Source: Verrucomicrobiota bacterium
Lineage (GTDB): Bacteria > Verrucomicrobiota > Verrucomicrobiia > Limisphaerales > J093
Direction: 5' to 3'
DNA: 64,000 nucleotides
Assembly (NCBI GenBank): GCA_016716505.1
Contig: JADJWF010000011.1
Span: 786,123-850,122, forward strand
Part shown: piece after piece, positions 1 through 8,020 of the stretch
Position numbering within the stretch: the stretch's first letter is position 1
How the letters are laid out: each line of letters opens with the position of its first letter
Program-made: the position numbers and the translations under genes
The notes under the pieces: model-generated
Seen by the model: the letters and a program-made list of their open reading frames with translations, nothing else
Database searches by the model: none
What the model was told of the DNA's origin: nothing

Positions 1-1137
1 TTGTCCGTCCGTGAGCGGCTGCTTCTGGCCCTCGATGGGGCGGACGATTTGGTCGCCGGCGGAAAGCCCCTGCGTCACTTCCACGCTTTGGCGTCCGCGC
101 AGCCCCAAGGTGATTTCTCGCCAGCGGGCGCGACCTTGGTGGTTCACAAACACGCCCGGCTTGCCCTCGCGCCAGCGCACGAACTCCGCCGGCAACTCGA
201 CCACATTGGTTTTGCGCCCGGTCTCGATGAACACCTCGGCCCGCTGGCCAAGCGTCCAGTTCGCGGGCAATTCCTTCACGCGCACGTCCACGACGAATTC
301 CCGCGTTTCGCGGTCTGCTTCGCGCCCGAGCCGGGCCACTTCGCCGGGATAAATCTTCGCGGGTTCGGAACGGAAGACCGCGCGCGCCGGCTGGCCCTCC
401 CTCAATCCGGCCATCGCCGTTTCGTCCACCCAGGCAGACACCCAGATTTCGTTGGTGGCGACGACTTGAAGAATGGACGCGCCCGGAACGACCACCCCGC
501 CCGGGTCGCGGTCGCGCCGCGTGACCAGACCGTCATAGGGACTGCGCATTTCGGTGAACGCGAGCAGTTCCCGCTGATACTGCAACGTCTTGTCGGCCGT
601 CAGCACCTGGCTCTCGGCCTCGACAATCGCGGACTGAGTGCGCTTCAAGTCTGCTTCCGCCACGCGCAGAGCTTCGGCCGTTTTGTCGAAGTCGGCCTGT
701 GCGGCGATCTTGCCGGCCAGCAGTTCCGTCGCCCGATTGTGATCCAGACGCGCTTGTTGCAGGACCGCCTGGGCGCGGGCTTCGTCGGCCCGCACCCGCT
801 CGACCGTGGCCTGGGCCGACGCGAGCGCGGCCTCCGCGATGGCCACCTGCCGGCGCGTGGGCCCATCGTCCAGGCGGGCGAGCAACTGGCCCGCCTTGAC
901 CGGGTCGCCCTGGTCCACGAGCACCTCGGCCAGCCGTTCCTGAATGCGCGGACTGATCACCGTCTTGACGCGCGCCTCCAGGGTGCCCGTGCCCATGACT
1001 TCGCCGCGCACTTCACCGGTGGTGACGGTGTGCGCGACGACCGGTGTCGGGTTGAACTTGAGGCGATAGCCGGCCAGGGCGACGACGCCGATGACCACCA
1101 GCCACGGCAGCAGTTTGCCAGGAGAGATGCGTTTCAT
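1..1137 (-). CDS. Efflux-pump periplasmic adaptor (membrane-fusion protein, HlyD/RND-MFP family); C-terminus runs off the window
   Basis: Absent from the ORF track because there is no stop inside the window. My reverse-complement translation from ATG at 1137 reads MKRISPGKLLPWLVVIGVVALAGYRLKFNPTPVVAHTVTTGEVRGEVMGTGTLEARVKTVISPRIQERLAEVLVDQGDPVKAGQLLARLDD...LRVAEADLKRTQSAIVEAESQVL...MRSPYDGLVTRRDRDPGGVVVPGASILQVV. This gives a membrane anchor, a lipoyl-like hairpin, a coiled coil and a beta-barrel, open to nt 1. The listed + ORF 1..1161 is its antisense shadow. Confidence 0.8.
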   Translation of the reverse strand, partial: MKRISPGKLLPWLVVIGVVALAGYRLKFNPTPVVAHTVTTGEVRGEVMGTGTLEARVKTVISPRIQERLAEVLVDQGDPVKAGQLLARLDDGPTRRQVAIAEAALASAQATVERVRADEARAQAVLQQARLDHNRATELLAGKIAAQADFDKTAEALRVAEADLKRTQSAIVEAESQVLTADKTLQYQRELLAFTEMRSPYDGLVTRRDRDPGGVVVPGASILQVVATNEIWVSAWVDETAMAGLREGQPARAVFRSEPAKIYPGEVARLGREADRETREFVVDVRVKELPANWTLGQRAEVFIETGRKTNVVELPAEFVRWREGKPGVFVNHQGRARWREITLGLRGRQSVEVTQGLSAGDQIVRPIEGQKQPLTDGQ

Positions 1138-1145
1138 ATGCGCAG

Positions 1146-1844
1146 TCACGGTGACGTGTAAATCAGCCAGACGCCGCCCAGTATGACCAGGATGCCGCAA
1201 ACTACCTTCACGCCGGCGGGGCCCTTCGAATGCTCGTTCCAGTTGAGGAGGCGTTGGACCAGTTCGGTGGACGTGCCCGCCACCACGATCACCGCGCAAT
1301 GCCCGACGCCGTAGGCCAGCAGCAGACCAGCCGCATACAGCGGCGCTTCGCCCCCCAGCTTAAACGCGACCGCCAGCATCGGGGCCATGTAGGCAAACGT
1401 GCATGGTCCAAGCGCAACGCCGAACACCAAGCCCAGGATGAACGCGGCCAGCAAGCCCTTGCGTTTCATGCCCACCGGCCCCGCGCCGGAGAAGTTCAAC
1501 GGAATCACACCGACCAGATGCAATCCCACCACGAAGAAGATGAGCGCGACGAAGTAATTCCCGTAGCGTCCCACGTCGCCCATCATGCGGCCGGCGGCCG
1601 CTGTGATCGCACCGATGGCCGCGATCGTGATGAGGATGCCCACAGCAAAAAGCGTGGCTGTCCAAAACGCGCGCCGCACGGTCACCGGCCCCTGTTCGCT
1701 GATAAAGCCAACGATGAGCGGGATGCTGGCGAGGTGGCAGGGGCTCAGCACGATGCTCAGGATGCCCCAGACCGCGGACGCGGCCAGCGCGACGAGTGGC
1801 GCGCCTTCGACCGCGTGACTCAGGTGGGTGAAGAGTTGTTCCAT
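1146..1844 (-). CDS. ccdA: CcdA/DsbD-family thiol:disulfide electron-transfer membrane protein (cytochrome c biogenesis type)
   Basis: 232 aa, polytopic. The two conserved Cys-containing helices (LSPCHLASIPL and ALGPCTFAYMAP) are typical of the DsbD_2/CcdA family. Confidence 0.85.
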   Translation of the reverse strand: MEQLFTHLSHAVEGAPLVALAASAVWGILSIVLSPCHLASIPLIVGFISEQGPVTVRRAFWTATLFAVGILITIAAIGAITAAAGRMMGDVGRYGNYFVALIFFVVGLHLVGVIPLNFSGAGPVGMKRKGLLAAFILGLVFGVALGPCTFAYMAPMLAVAFKLGGEAPLYAAGLLLAYGVGHCAVIVVAGTSTELVQRLLNWNEHSKGPAGVKVVCGILVILGGVWLIYTSP

Positions 1845-1883
1845 AACGACGTTCCTGCTCTGTTCCAGTCGGGCAGCAGCCGA

Positions 1884-2390
1884 CTAATGGCAGCAACATC
1901 CTCCTCCGTCCGACGGTGGCGCTTGGCTGTCGCCAGTGGCCTCGCGGATCACTCGCTGCACGTTGCCCAGACAACAGCAGCCTTGCGGATTGGTGTGTTC
2001 GCAATCGTCCAGTCCCTGGGCGCACCGGGCCTTGATGTCAGCCGCGATGCGCGACGTTCCGGCTTCCCTGACGTCCCGCTGGATCGCGGCTACGGTGTGT
2101 TGGAAACAGTAACAGACCAATCGCTCGGGTTCACTGCGCTTTTGAAAAATCGGCACGCGCACTTCCGCGCAGGCCACCCGGTCGCCGGTTGCGGGATGGA
2201 AATACGCCACAGCGCAGGTCGGCGTGGCGCAAAACAAGAACCCGTCCAGTGACTTGAAGCGGAGTCGTGCCTCGACACACACCAACGATTCCAGCGTCTT
2301 GGCGGAAACCGGGCGGCCTTGACGACCACAGCACGGGCAGAGCGGCATTCTCGGCGCAGCGCAACACTGGGTGGAAGGTAGCTGGTCCAT
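1884..2390 (-). CDS. Cysteine-rich metal-binding protein, CopZ-N-terminal-like (zinc/[2Fe-2S] type) putative metallochaperone with a C-terminal GGGCCCH tail
   Basis: Pattern LCPCCGRQGRPVSAKTLESLV...FLFCATPTCAVAYF...VCYCFQHTVAAIQ...ARCAQGLDDCEHTNPQGCCCLGNV matches my memory of the Archaeoglobus CopZ N-domain family. There are 19 Cys in 168 aa. The start could instead be M15 (nt 2348). Confidence 0.6.
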   Translation of the reverse strand: MDQLPSTQCCAAPRMPLCPCCGRQGRPVSAKTLESLVCVEARLRFKSLDGFLFCATPTCAVAYFHPATGDRVACAEVRVPIFQKRSEPERLVCYCFQHTVAAIQRDVREAGTSRIAADIKARCAQGLDDCEHTNPQGCCCLGNVQRVIREATGDSQAPPSDGGGCCCH

Positions 2391-2409
2391 AGATCAGCGG
2401 TTCAGAGCC

Positions 2410-2629
2410 GTAGCGCAGACTTCCAGTCTGCTGTGTCGCGGATTTCCAATCCGCGAACGCTGCGAACTCTTGGAAGCGCCGCGGTTCGTGAAGCCCTGCC
2501 GACTGGAAGTCGGCGATTGGCTCGCTCGCGCCCGCTCGGTCGGCCCTGCGGGCCTTGCCGTCGCTTCGCTCCGGCAATCCCTTGTACCGCTTCCCCAGCG
2601 GCACAAGTCAGCAGGTTGGAAACCTGCGC
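2410..2629. repeat. REP-A cluster 1 (about 220 bp, at least 4 hairpins of the type GCNGNNT-TCC/GGA-ANNCNGC)
   Basis: Hairpins GCAGACTTCCAGTCTGC, GCGGATTTCCAATCCGC, GCCGACTGGAAGTCGGC and GCAGGTTGGAAACCTGC. The right half is near-identical to the reverse complement of 6705-6840. Confidence 0.85.
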
Positions 2630-2690
2630 GGCGACCATCTGCGCCATGACAATGTTGCCCTTCCGCGCCAACCCAGCTTAGCCTCCGCTC

Positions 2691-3428
2691 ATGCTGCCCG
2701 ACTCCGACAACCCCGGCTTGGAGCGCGTTCGCCACGAACTGCGTGCTTCCGGGGTCAAGGATGCCGCGCGCAATCCACACCGCAGCGGCTTTCACTCGCG
2801 CGGCTATCTGCCCCACGTCAAACGCGAAGGCGCGGAGTATTTCGTGACGTTTCGGCTGGCCGATTCCCTGCCCAAAGAGGTGCTCCTGCGTTACGAGGGC
2901 GAACGAGCGGAGCGGCTGCGGGCGTTTCACGAAGCCAAACGCCTGGGCCGCGCGACGACCGACACCAAAGAGACGATCCATCGCGACTTCCTCCGTCGCG
3001 TCGAGCGTTACCTCGACCAGGGAGCAGGCGCGTGTCACTTGCGGCGACCCGAAATCGCCGACCTCATCGCGGGCGCATTGAAGTTCTTTCACGAGCAGCG
3101 CTATTTGCTGCGCGAGTGGGTGGTGATGCCGAATCACGTCCACGTCTTGTTCTGGCCGATGCCAAACCATTTGGTGGGCCAGATCGTGAAAAGCTGGAAA
3201 CAGTTCACCTCGCTGCGCGCGAAACGAATGCTGGGACTTCCCGAAGGCCGATTCTGGCAGCCCGAGCCGTTTGACCATTGGGTGCGAGACGACGCGGAAC
3301 GGGCCAGGATCGCGCGCTATATCCGAAACAACCCGGTAACGGCGCGGCTTTGTGAGCGGGCGGAGGATTGGCGCTGGAGCAGCGCGTGGCGCGGCCCGGG
3401 CAACGCCGCGAGCGGCCTCCGTCCGTAG
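2691..3428 (+). CDS. rayT: REP-associated tyrosine transposase (RAYT; IS200/IS605 TnpA-like Y1 HUH enzyme)
   Basis: 245 aa. GYLPHVKREGAEYFVTFRLADSLP, HUH motif in WVVMPNHVHVLFWP, catalytic-Tyr region FWQPEPFDHWVRDDAERARIARYIRNNPV. The TAG stop (3426-3428) lies inside the first bases of the downstream REP. Confidence 0.85.
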   Translation: MLPDSDNPGLERVRHELRASGVKDAARNPHRSGFHSRGYLPHVKREGAEYFVTFRLADSLPKEVLLRYEGERAERLRAFHEAKRLGRATTDTKETIHRDFLRRVERYLDQGAGACHLRRPEIADLIAGALKFFHEQRYLLREWVVMPNHVHVLFWPMPNHLVGQIVKSWKQFTSLRAKRMLGLPEGRFWQPEPFDHWVRDDAERARIARYIRNNPVTARLCERAEDWRWSSAWRGPGNAASGLRP

Positions 3429-3557
3429 CGCAGACTTCCAGTCTGCTGTATCGCGGATTTCCAATCCGCAAACGCTGCGATTACCCGAAAGCGCCACGCT
3501 TTGCCACGTTCTGCCGGCTGGAAGCCGGCGAGACAGCAGGTTGGAAACCTGCGCTAC
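3425..3557. repeat. REP-A cluster 2 (about 133 bp)
   Basis: Starts GTAGCGCAGACTTCCAGTCTGCTGTATCGCGGATTTCCAATCCGC, which matches 2410-2454 apart from one mismatch. Contains GCCGGCTGGAAGCCGGC and ends ACAGCAGGTTGGAAACCTGCGCTAC. Confidence 0.85.
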
Positions 3558-3592
3558 GAGGCAGGGCCGTGCCGCATTGTTCCAAGCCACCG

Positions 3593-6109
3593 TCACGTGG
3601 TTGCGGGTTGGCGGTGTTGGAGATGTGGTTGCAGCGCGACCGGCCGGCCCAAGCGCGCGAGCAGCGCGATGATTGACACCACCGCGATCAGCGTCACACC
3701 CACATCAAAGCCGGTGTAAGCCCAGCGGGTCAGCGTAGCGAGCCAGTTGAACTTCACTAACACCAGCGCGCCGCAAATCCCGGTCAAAACCAGCAGCGCC
3801 CACAAGGCCTTGCCGAGAACAGTCGGCGTGGCCACCGCCTTGCCGTTGACGGGACGCTGTAACGCGAGCACCAGGCCCACGATCAGCACGCCGAGGCCAA
3901 CCCAGAAGTGCGCCGCATCGAGCGTGAACCTTCGGGCCGTCATGTATTCCGTCAGTTCGGGCGAACGGGCGACCAGAATTCCACCCACGACCAGGGCCGC
4001 GAGCGCCAGCCAAGACCAACCTACCGCCGCCGATGGCGACAGCACCTGGTGACGCAGCGCCACGCCGCGCAGGCCGAGAATCATCAGCAGACCGCCCAGC
4101 AGCGCCAGCAGCGCGTAGAGGACCGGCTTGAGTGTTTGTTCGCGGAACGCTCCCAGCCAGACTGAGGCCGACGAGTATCCCAGAACCTTCGAGTTCGCTG
4201 TCCAGCGAGGACCGCCGTACTCGGGCGAGAATGCCGTCAGCAGAACTGCGCGATCAAAGAACTGCGACTTCCACGAGTGGCAGTCGGTGCAGCCACCCGA
4301 GCCGAGTGCCGCGCGGGCCGGCGAGATGTCGTGGTTGTATTTGTGGACGTTGGCGTAGGGCGTCGCTTCCCAATCGGCCTTGTCCATCACGCGGTATTGC
4401 TTACTCGAGGAATACACCCGGTCGCTGGAAACCCAGACCACGCGCTTGCCTTTCAAGTCATAGTTCAGCGAGGTCAAGTGCCGGGTCACCGCCGCGATCA
4501 GGGCGTCCACTTCCTCCGGGCGGTTGATCTCCAGCGCGCCGTCGCCGTCGTCGTCCTTGATCATTGCCAGTTCGGCGCACTGGTTCGTGTCCGCGAAGTG
4601 CGCTTTCCACATCGCCACGATGTCCGGCGGACGTGGCTGCATGAGGCCGGGCTTGCCGGGCGTTTCGATGCCCGGCCAGGTCGAGTGGATGCGGTTGACG
4701 GGATAAATCTTGCTTTTGTAGTCGGCCAGGACGGGGCGGAAGGTCTCGGTCGGTTTGTCATCGTAGCCGAGCACCTTGAGGATGCCGTAATGGTTGCGAT
4801 AGGAGCCGTCCACGCCGTAGAAGGTCCAAAGCTGCTTCATCCCGGGATCAATCCAGGCGTCGTGATTGAAGACGTCGCTGGCCTGCACCTGAATGGGCAT
4901 CACCTGCTTGGTCGGCGTGTGGCAGGTCTGACACGCGATGCGTTCCAAGTGAAGCGGCGGGAGCCACGGATGCGCGGCCACCGGCGCGCCGAACTGGCCG
5001 CTCGTATGGCAACTGGCGCAATCGCGCACGGTGTTGTCCAAGTCATCGCGCACGCGCCCGCCCGGATCGTCGCCCTTGGCAATTTGGTGAACCTCGTGAC
5101 CGCGGATACGTGGATCATCGGCGTTGCTCCCGGCTGGATGGCAATCCACACAGCGCAACCCGGCGCGAAAGTGAACGTCCGTGCGGGCGCGATAATCCGC
5201 GCCGCGTTTCTTCCAGCCAGGCTGAGCGTGGCAGTTGAGACAGGTTTCATTCCGCGGTTGCGTCACCACCCGCACCTTGACGTTGCCGCTGGCGTCGAAA
5301 CGGCTCAGATCATAGGCCACCTGCGGCGTTTGATTGCTGGCCACGATGCCGGTCACCTTGCCGAAGCCCGCGCCTTCGGTGGCGGCCCAGCGGAAGTTCA
5401 ACTTGGCGAGATGGTCGTTTCGTTTCTTGATGTCGTATTCGGGCAGGTGGCACAGGAGGCAGTCCGCTTCGATGACGCCGGAGTCGGACCAGCGGGTTTT
5501 GAAATAGTCGCCGTCGAACCGGTTATCGCCGCCGGGGGTGAGTCCGCTTGCCGGGTCGAGCATCCAGGTGTCGTAGCGTTTGCCGTCGCGGTCGAACTCC
5601 AGCGGCCCGCCGCCGGGATGGCATTGGCCGCAGCCGGACGTAATGAACGTGGCCGAAGTCATGTCAATGGTTACCGGCGAGGCGTTGCTCTTGGGGGCAA
5701 GGTAGCGGTAAAGCGGCGCGGGCGAACACCACGTGCCACCGTAGTTGCCGGGCGAGGACACCCATTGAAAGCGCGCCGCCATGTCCGCAGGCACGGGTTC
5801 GCCCTTGCCCTGCATGAAATGGTAGCCCTCGGTGATCTTGTGGTAATCGTGGCAGCCGGCGGCACCGCAAGTTTGCTTCGGCGAATACGGCGCGGTGGCG
5901 TTGAGGCCCTTGACCGGGTTGATGACGTTCCCCTGCTCGTCCTTGAGCTGGTAGGGCGGGCAGATTGTGACGGGGCGCTTTGGGGAGTCGCCGGTGCCCG
6001 TAGCGGCGTGCGCGGGCGTGCGGACGGCCATGAAGAAGGCTCCGCCCAGCACGACGAGCAATCCGGCGCTGAGTTGGGAGAGGAGGCGAGAGTGGTGTTC
6101 TGGTATCAT
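3593..6109 (-). CDS. Multihaem c-type cytochrome (8 haem motifs) fused to a C-terminal domain of about 5 TM helices
   Basis: 838 aa. N-terminal signal/anchor, then CGQCH, CLLCH, CLNCH, CVDCH, CASCH, CQTCH, CTDCH plus one Cx4CH (CGAAGCH). The last 190 aa or so hold about five hydrophobic helices. Confidence 0.85.
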   Translation of the reverse strand: MIPEHHSRLLSQLSAGLLVVLGGAFFMAVRTPAHAATGTGDSPKRPVTICPPYQLKDEQGNVINPVKGLNATAPYSPKQTCGAAGCHDYHKITEGYHFMQGKGEPVPADMAARFQWVSSPGNYGGTWCSPAPLYRYLAPKSNASPVTIDMTSATFITSGCGQCHPGGGPLEFDRDGKRYDTWMLDPASGLTPGGDNRFDGDYFKTRWSDSGVIEADCLLCHLPEYDIKKRNDHLAKLNFRWAATEGAGFGKVTGIVASNQTPQVAYDLSRFDASGNVKVRVVTQPRNETCLNCHAQPGWKKRGADYRARTDVHFRAGLRCVDCHPAGSNADDPRIRGHEVHQIAKGDDPGGRVRDDLDNTVRDCASCHTSGQFGAPVAAHPWLPPLHLERIACQTCHTPTKQVMPIQVQASDVFNHDAWIDPGMKQLWTFYGVDGSYRNHYGILKVLGYDDKPTETFRPVLADYKSKIYPVNRIHSTWPGIETPGKPGLMQPRPPDIVAMWKAHFADTNQCAELAMIKDDDGDGALEINRPEEVDALIAAVTRHLTSLNYDLKGKRVVWVSSDRVYSSSKQYRVMDKADWEATPYANVHKYNHDISPARAALGSGGCTDCHSWKSQFFDRAVLLTAFSPEYGGPRWTANSKVLGYSSASVWLGAFREQTLKPVLYALLALLGGLLMILGLRGVALRHQVLSPSAAVGWSWLALAALVVGGILVARSPELTEYMTARRFTLDAAHFWVGLGVLIVGLVLALQRPVNGKAVATPTVLGKALWALLVLTGICGALVLVKFNWLATLTRWAYTGFDVGVTLIAVVSIIALLARLGRPVALQPHLQHRQPATT

Positions 6110-6173
6110 GGTTCGCTTCGGTTTGATGGATGCATGGACGCGCTGTTGGCCAACTCCGCCTGACGCCTTGGGA

Positions 6174-6653
6174 TCACTTGCCCGCGGCTGCCGGACTGCG
6201 AATGGTCACGCCCAGTTCCTTCCATTTGTTGAGCATGTCGTCTTTGCCATAGAAGCCTTCGTGCCGGAACAGTTCCTTGCCCTCGGCATCAAAGAAGATT
6301 TGCGTGGGAATGGCACGGATGCCGTATTGCTTGGCTGGCGCGGAATCTTTCCATACGTCAATGAACTCCGTGACAAACTGATCCGCGTAGTCCCGCTTAA
6401 ACTCGGCGAGAATCGGCGCCATCATTTTGCACGGAATGCATTTGTCCGCGCCGAGGTCAATCAGCTTGGGCAGCTTGGCAGGCGCGGGTGCGGGTGCGGG
6501 CGCAGCCGGCTCGACCGCTGCGGCCGCAACGGGGGAGGGGGTGGCTGCCGGAGTCTCAGTATCAGTGGACGACCTGGTTTGCTTGAGCGCCACGGCAGCC
6601 ACGGCGGCAATCGCCACGGCGGCAATGATCAGGAGTTTGACGGGTGTTTTCAT
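6174..6653 (-). CDS. Membrane-anchored thioredoxin-fold thiol:disulfide oxidoreductase (TlpA/ResA-like)
   Basis: Start taken at MKTPVKLLIIAAVAIAAVAAVAL (ATG 6653). The upstream part of track ORF 6174..6782 is REP-derived. Pro/Ala linker, then LIDLGADKCIPCKMMAP (CxxC) and a Trx fold. Confidence 0.8.
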   Translation of the reverse strand: MKTPVKLLIIAAVAIAAVAAVALKQTRSSTDTETPAATPSPVAAAAVEPAAPAPAPAPAKLPKLIDLGADKCIPCKMMAPILAEFKRDYADQFVTEFIDVWKDSAPAKQYGIRAIPTQIFFDAEGKELFRHEGFYGKDDMLNKWKELGVTIRSPAAAGK

Positions 6654-6704
6654 CAGAGTTGATGGATATCGGTTGTTGAATTGGTCTGGGGATGGTTGGC
6701 AGTC

Positions 6705-6927
6705 GTAGCGCAGGTTTCCAACCTGCTGACTTGTGCCGCTGGGGAAGCGGCACAAGGGATTGCCGGAGCGAAGCGACGGCAAGGCCCGCAGGGCCGAGCG
6801 AGCGGGCGCGAGCGAGCCAATCGCTGACTTCCAGTCGGCTGGGCGTTGGTTGTTTCAGAGCATAGGAGCAGTTGCGGCGGCAGCGGGTTGGAAACCCGCG
6901 ATACAGCAGACTGGAAGTCTGCGCTAC
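6705..6927. repeat. REP-A cluster 3 (about 223 bp, inverted relative to cluster 1)
   Basis: Starts GTAGCGCAGGTTTCCAACCTGCTGA and ends ACAGCAGACTGGAAGTCTGCGCTAC. 6705-6840 is the near-exact reverse complement of 2498-2629. It sits between the P5CR-like stop (6943) and the TlpA-like start (6653). Confidence 0.85.
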
Positions 6928-6942
6928 GATGAAACGCAGCAG

Positions 6943-7719
6943 TCACGATTTGATTTTTTGGTAAAGCGCGGGCAGCCGCGTGCGATACATCTCGGTTACT
7001 TGCGATTCCATTTCGGCCAGCGGTTTCACGGGGATGAGGTCCATCACTTCCGCGGGCGTCAGCCCAGATTCCAGCAGCGTCCTCGCGCCGCCGCAGACCA
7101 TGCGCTTGAGGGCGGGCGTGATCTCGGCGTCGCTCAACCCAAACCCGGCCGCCAATTCGCGCAATACTTGCAGTTGGAACCAGAGATACGTTGGCCCCAT
7201 CGCGGTGAGAACCGCGTAGGCCTCGAGTTTTTCCTCGGGCACTTCGGGGAAATCGCCCAGCGGTTCGAGCAGGCTCCTCAGGCCGGACCGGTCGGACGCT
7301 GTCAGCGCCGGCGCACAACTCACCGGATTGTATCCCGCGCCAATGATGGACGGCGCGTTCGGGATCACGCGCGCCAGCCGCACAAAGCCGCCGAGCAGCG
7401 CGGTGAGCCTCGTCAGAGTGAATTTGGGCGCGAGCGAAACGACGATGGCATCGGGCTTCACGCTGCCCTTGATGGCCTCACACACGTCGGCCACGACCGG
7501 CGGATGGACGGCCAGAAAGACGATGTCCCGACCAGCCGCCACGGTGCTGGCGGAAGTCGTTTCCACGCTGGGCCAGTGAGCCTTGATCTTGGCGAGCGCG
7601 TCGGTGTTGCAGTCGCTCACCACGATTCGAGCGGGCAGCTTTTGCGCACGTTGCCAGCCTTCGAGAAAGATGCGGGTGATGCGCCCGCCTCCAATAAATC
7701 CAATGGTCTTGTGGTGCAT
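6943..7719 (-). CDS. NAD(P)-dependent oxidoreductase of the pyrroline-5-carboxylate reductase (ProC-like) family
   Basis: 258 aa. Rossmann N-terminus KTIGFIGGGRITRIFLEG and a P5CR-like C-terminal dimerisation region. Last gene of the arsR-permease-Trx string. Confidence 0.7.
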   Translation of the reverse strand: MHHKTIGFIGGGRITRIFLEGWQRAQKLPARIVVSDCNTDALAKIKAHWPSVETTSASTVAAGRDIVFLAVHPPVVADVCEAIKGSVKPDAIVVSLAPKFTLTRLTALLGGFVRLARVIPNAPSIIGAGYNPVSCAPALTASDRSGLRSLLEPLGDFPEVPEEKLEAYAVLTAMGPTYLWFQLQVLRELAAGFGLSDAEITPALKRMVCGGARTLLESGLTPAEVMDLIPVKPLAEMESQVTEMYRTRLPALYQKIKS

Positions 7720-7737
7720 GGCTGCTCCTTTCCCCAG

Positions 7738-7998
7738 TTACTTCGCCGCCTTTTCCGCCTCTGCCGCCTGGCTCAGGAGTGTTTTGAGTTCCGCTACGCT
7801 GGGGACTTTGCCCGTGACCTTGATCGTCCCGTTCACCGCCAGCGCTGGCGTCATCATCACGCCGAGAGCCATGATTTGTTTGAGGTTGGTGACCTTGGTG
7901 ATTTCAGCCGGCACGCCGAGTTCCTTGACGGCTTGCTCGGTGAATTGCGCGAGGGTTTTGCACTTCGTGCAGCCCGGTCCGATAACGAGTAGTTGCAT
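7738..7998 (-). CDS. Small thioredoxin-family protein (redox-active disulfide protein 2 type)
   Basis: 86 aa, MQLLVIGPGCTKCKTL (CxxC). This is the classic partner of the adjacent permease family in ars-type operons. Confidence 0.85.
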   Translation of the reverse strand: MQLLVIGPGCTKCKTLAQFTEQAVKELGVPAEITKVTNLKQIMALGVMMTPALAVNGTIKVTGKVPSVAELKTLLSQAAEAEKAAK

Positions 7999-8020
7999 AT
8001 CTCTGTCCTTTCTTGGTTGG

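Larger units (their letters stand above)
2410..3557. mobile_element. REPtron-like unit: RAYT gene flanked on both sides by clusters of palindromic REP hairpins
   Basis: REP cluster 2410-2629, RAYT 2691-3428, REP cluster 3425-3557. Both clusters begin GTAGCGCAGACTTCCAGTCTGCTGT and end ACAGCAGGTTGGAAACCTGCGC(TAC). Confidence 0.75.

Noticed and set aside
2410-3557. Whether the repeat clusters could be a CRISPR array.
   Set aside because: The units are self-complementary 17-18-mers with variable stems, irregular spacing and mixed orientation. There are no uniform direct repeats or unique spacers, and no cas genes. A RAYT gene sits between the clusters.
2394-3596. A 400-aa minus-strand ORF spanning the RAYT locus, plus the many 60-160-aa ORFs at 2131-2681, 3205-3719 and 6562-7318.
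   Set aside because: These are translations of REP hairpins and of the antisense of RAYT (recurrent pseudo-peptides such as VAQTSSLLCRGFPIR, SADFQSAVSRISNP and RYSRLEVCAT). They have no independent coding signal.
4277-6163. Long ORFs antisense to confident genes. Examples: 4277..6163+, 10013..11503+, 22037..23392+, 24786..26108+, 26151..27497+, 27653..29068+, 30342..31787+, 32492..34453+, 34841..36481+, 39393..40463+, 40624..41673-, 43428..44465-, 44042..45724-, 45926..47218-, 48406..49596-, 49466..50722-, 51735..55298+ and 56364..58127+.
   Set aside because: Their composition is Arg/Gly/Ala/Pro/His-rich and low in complexity, with no motifs. The opposite strand always encodes a protein with clear family signatures. 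Stop-free shadow frames are expected in GC-rich DNA.
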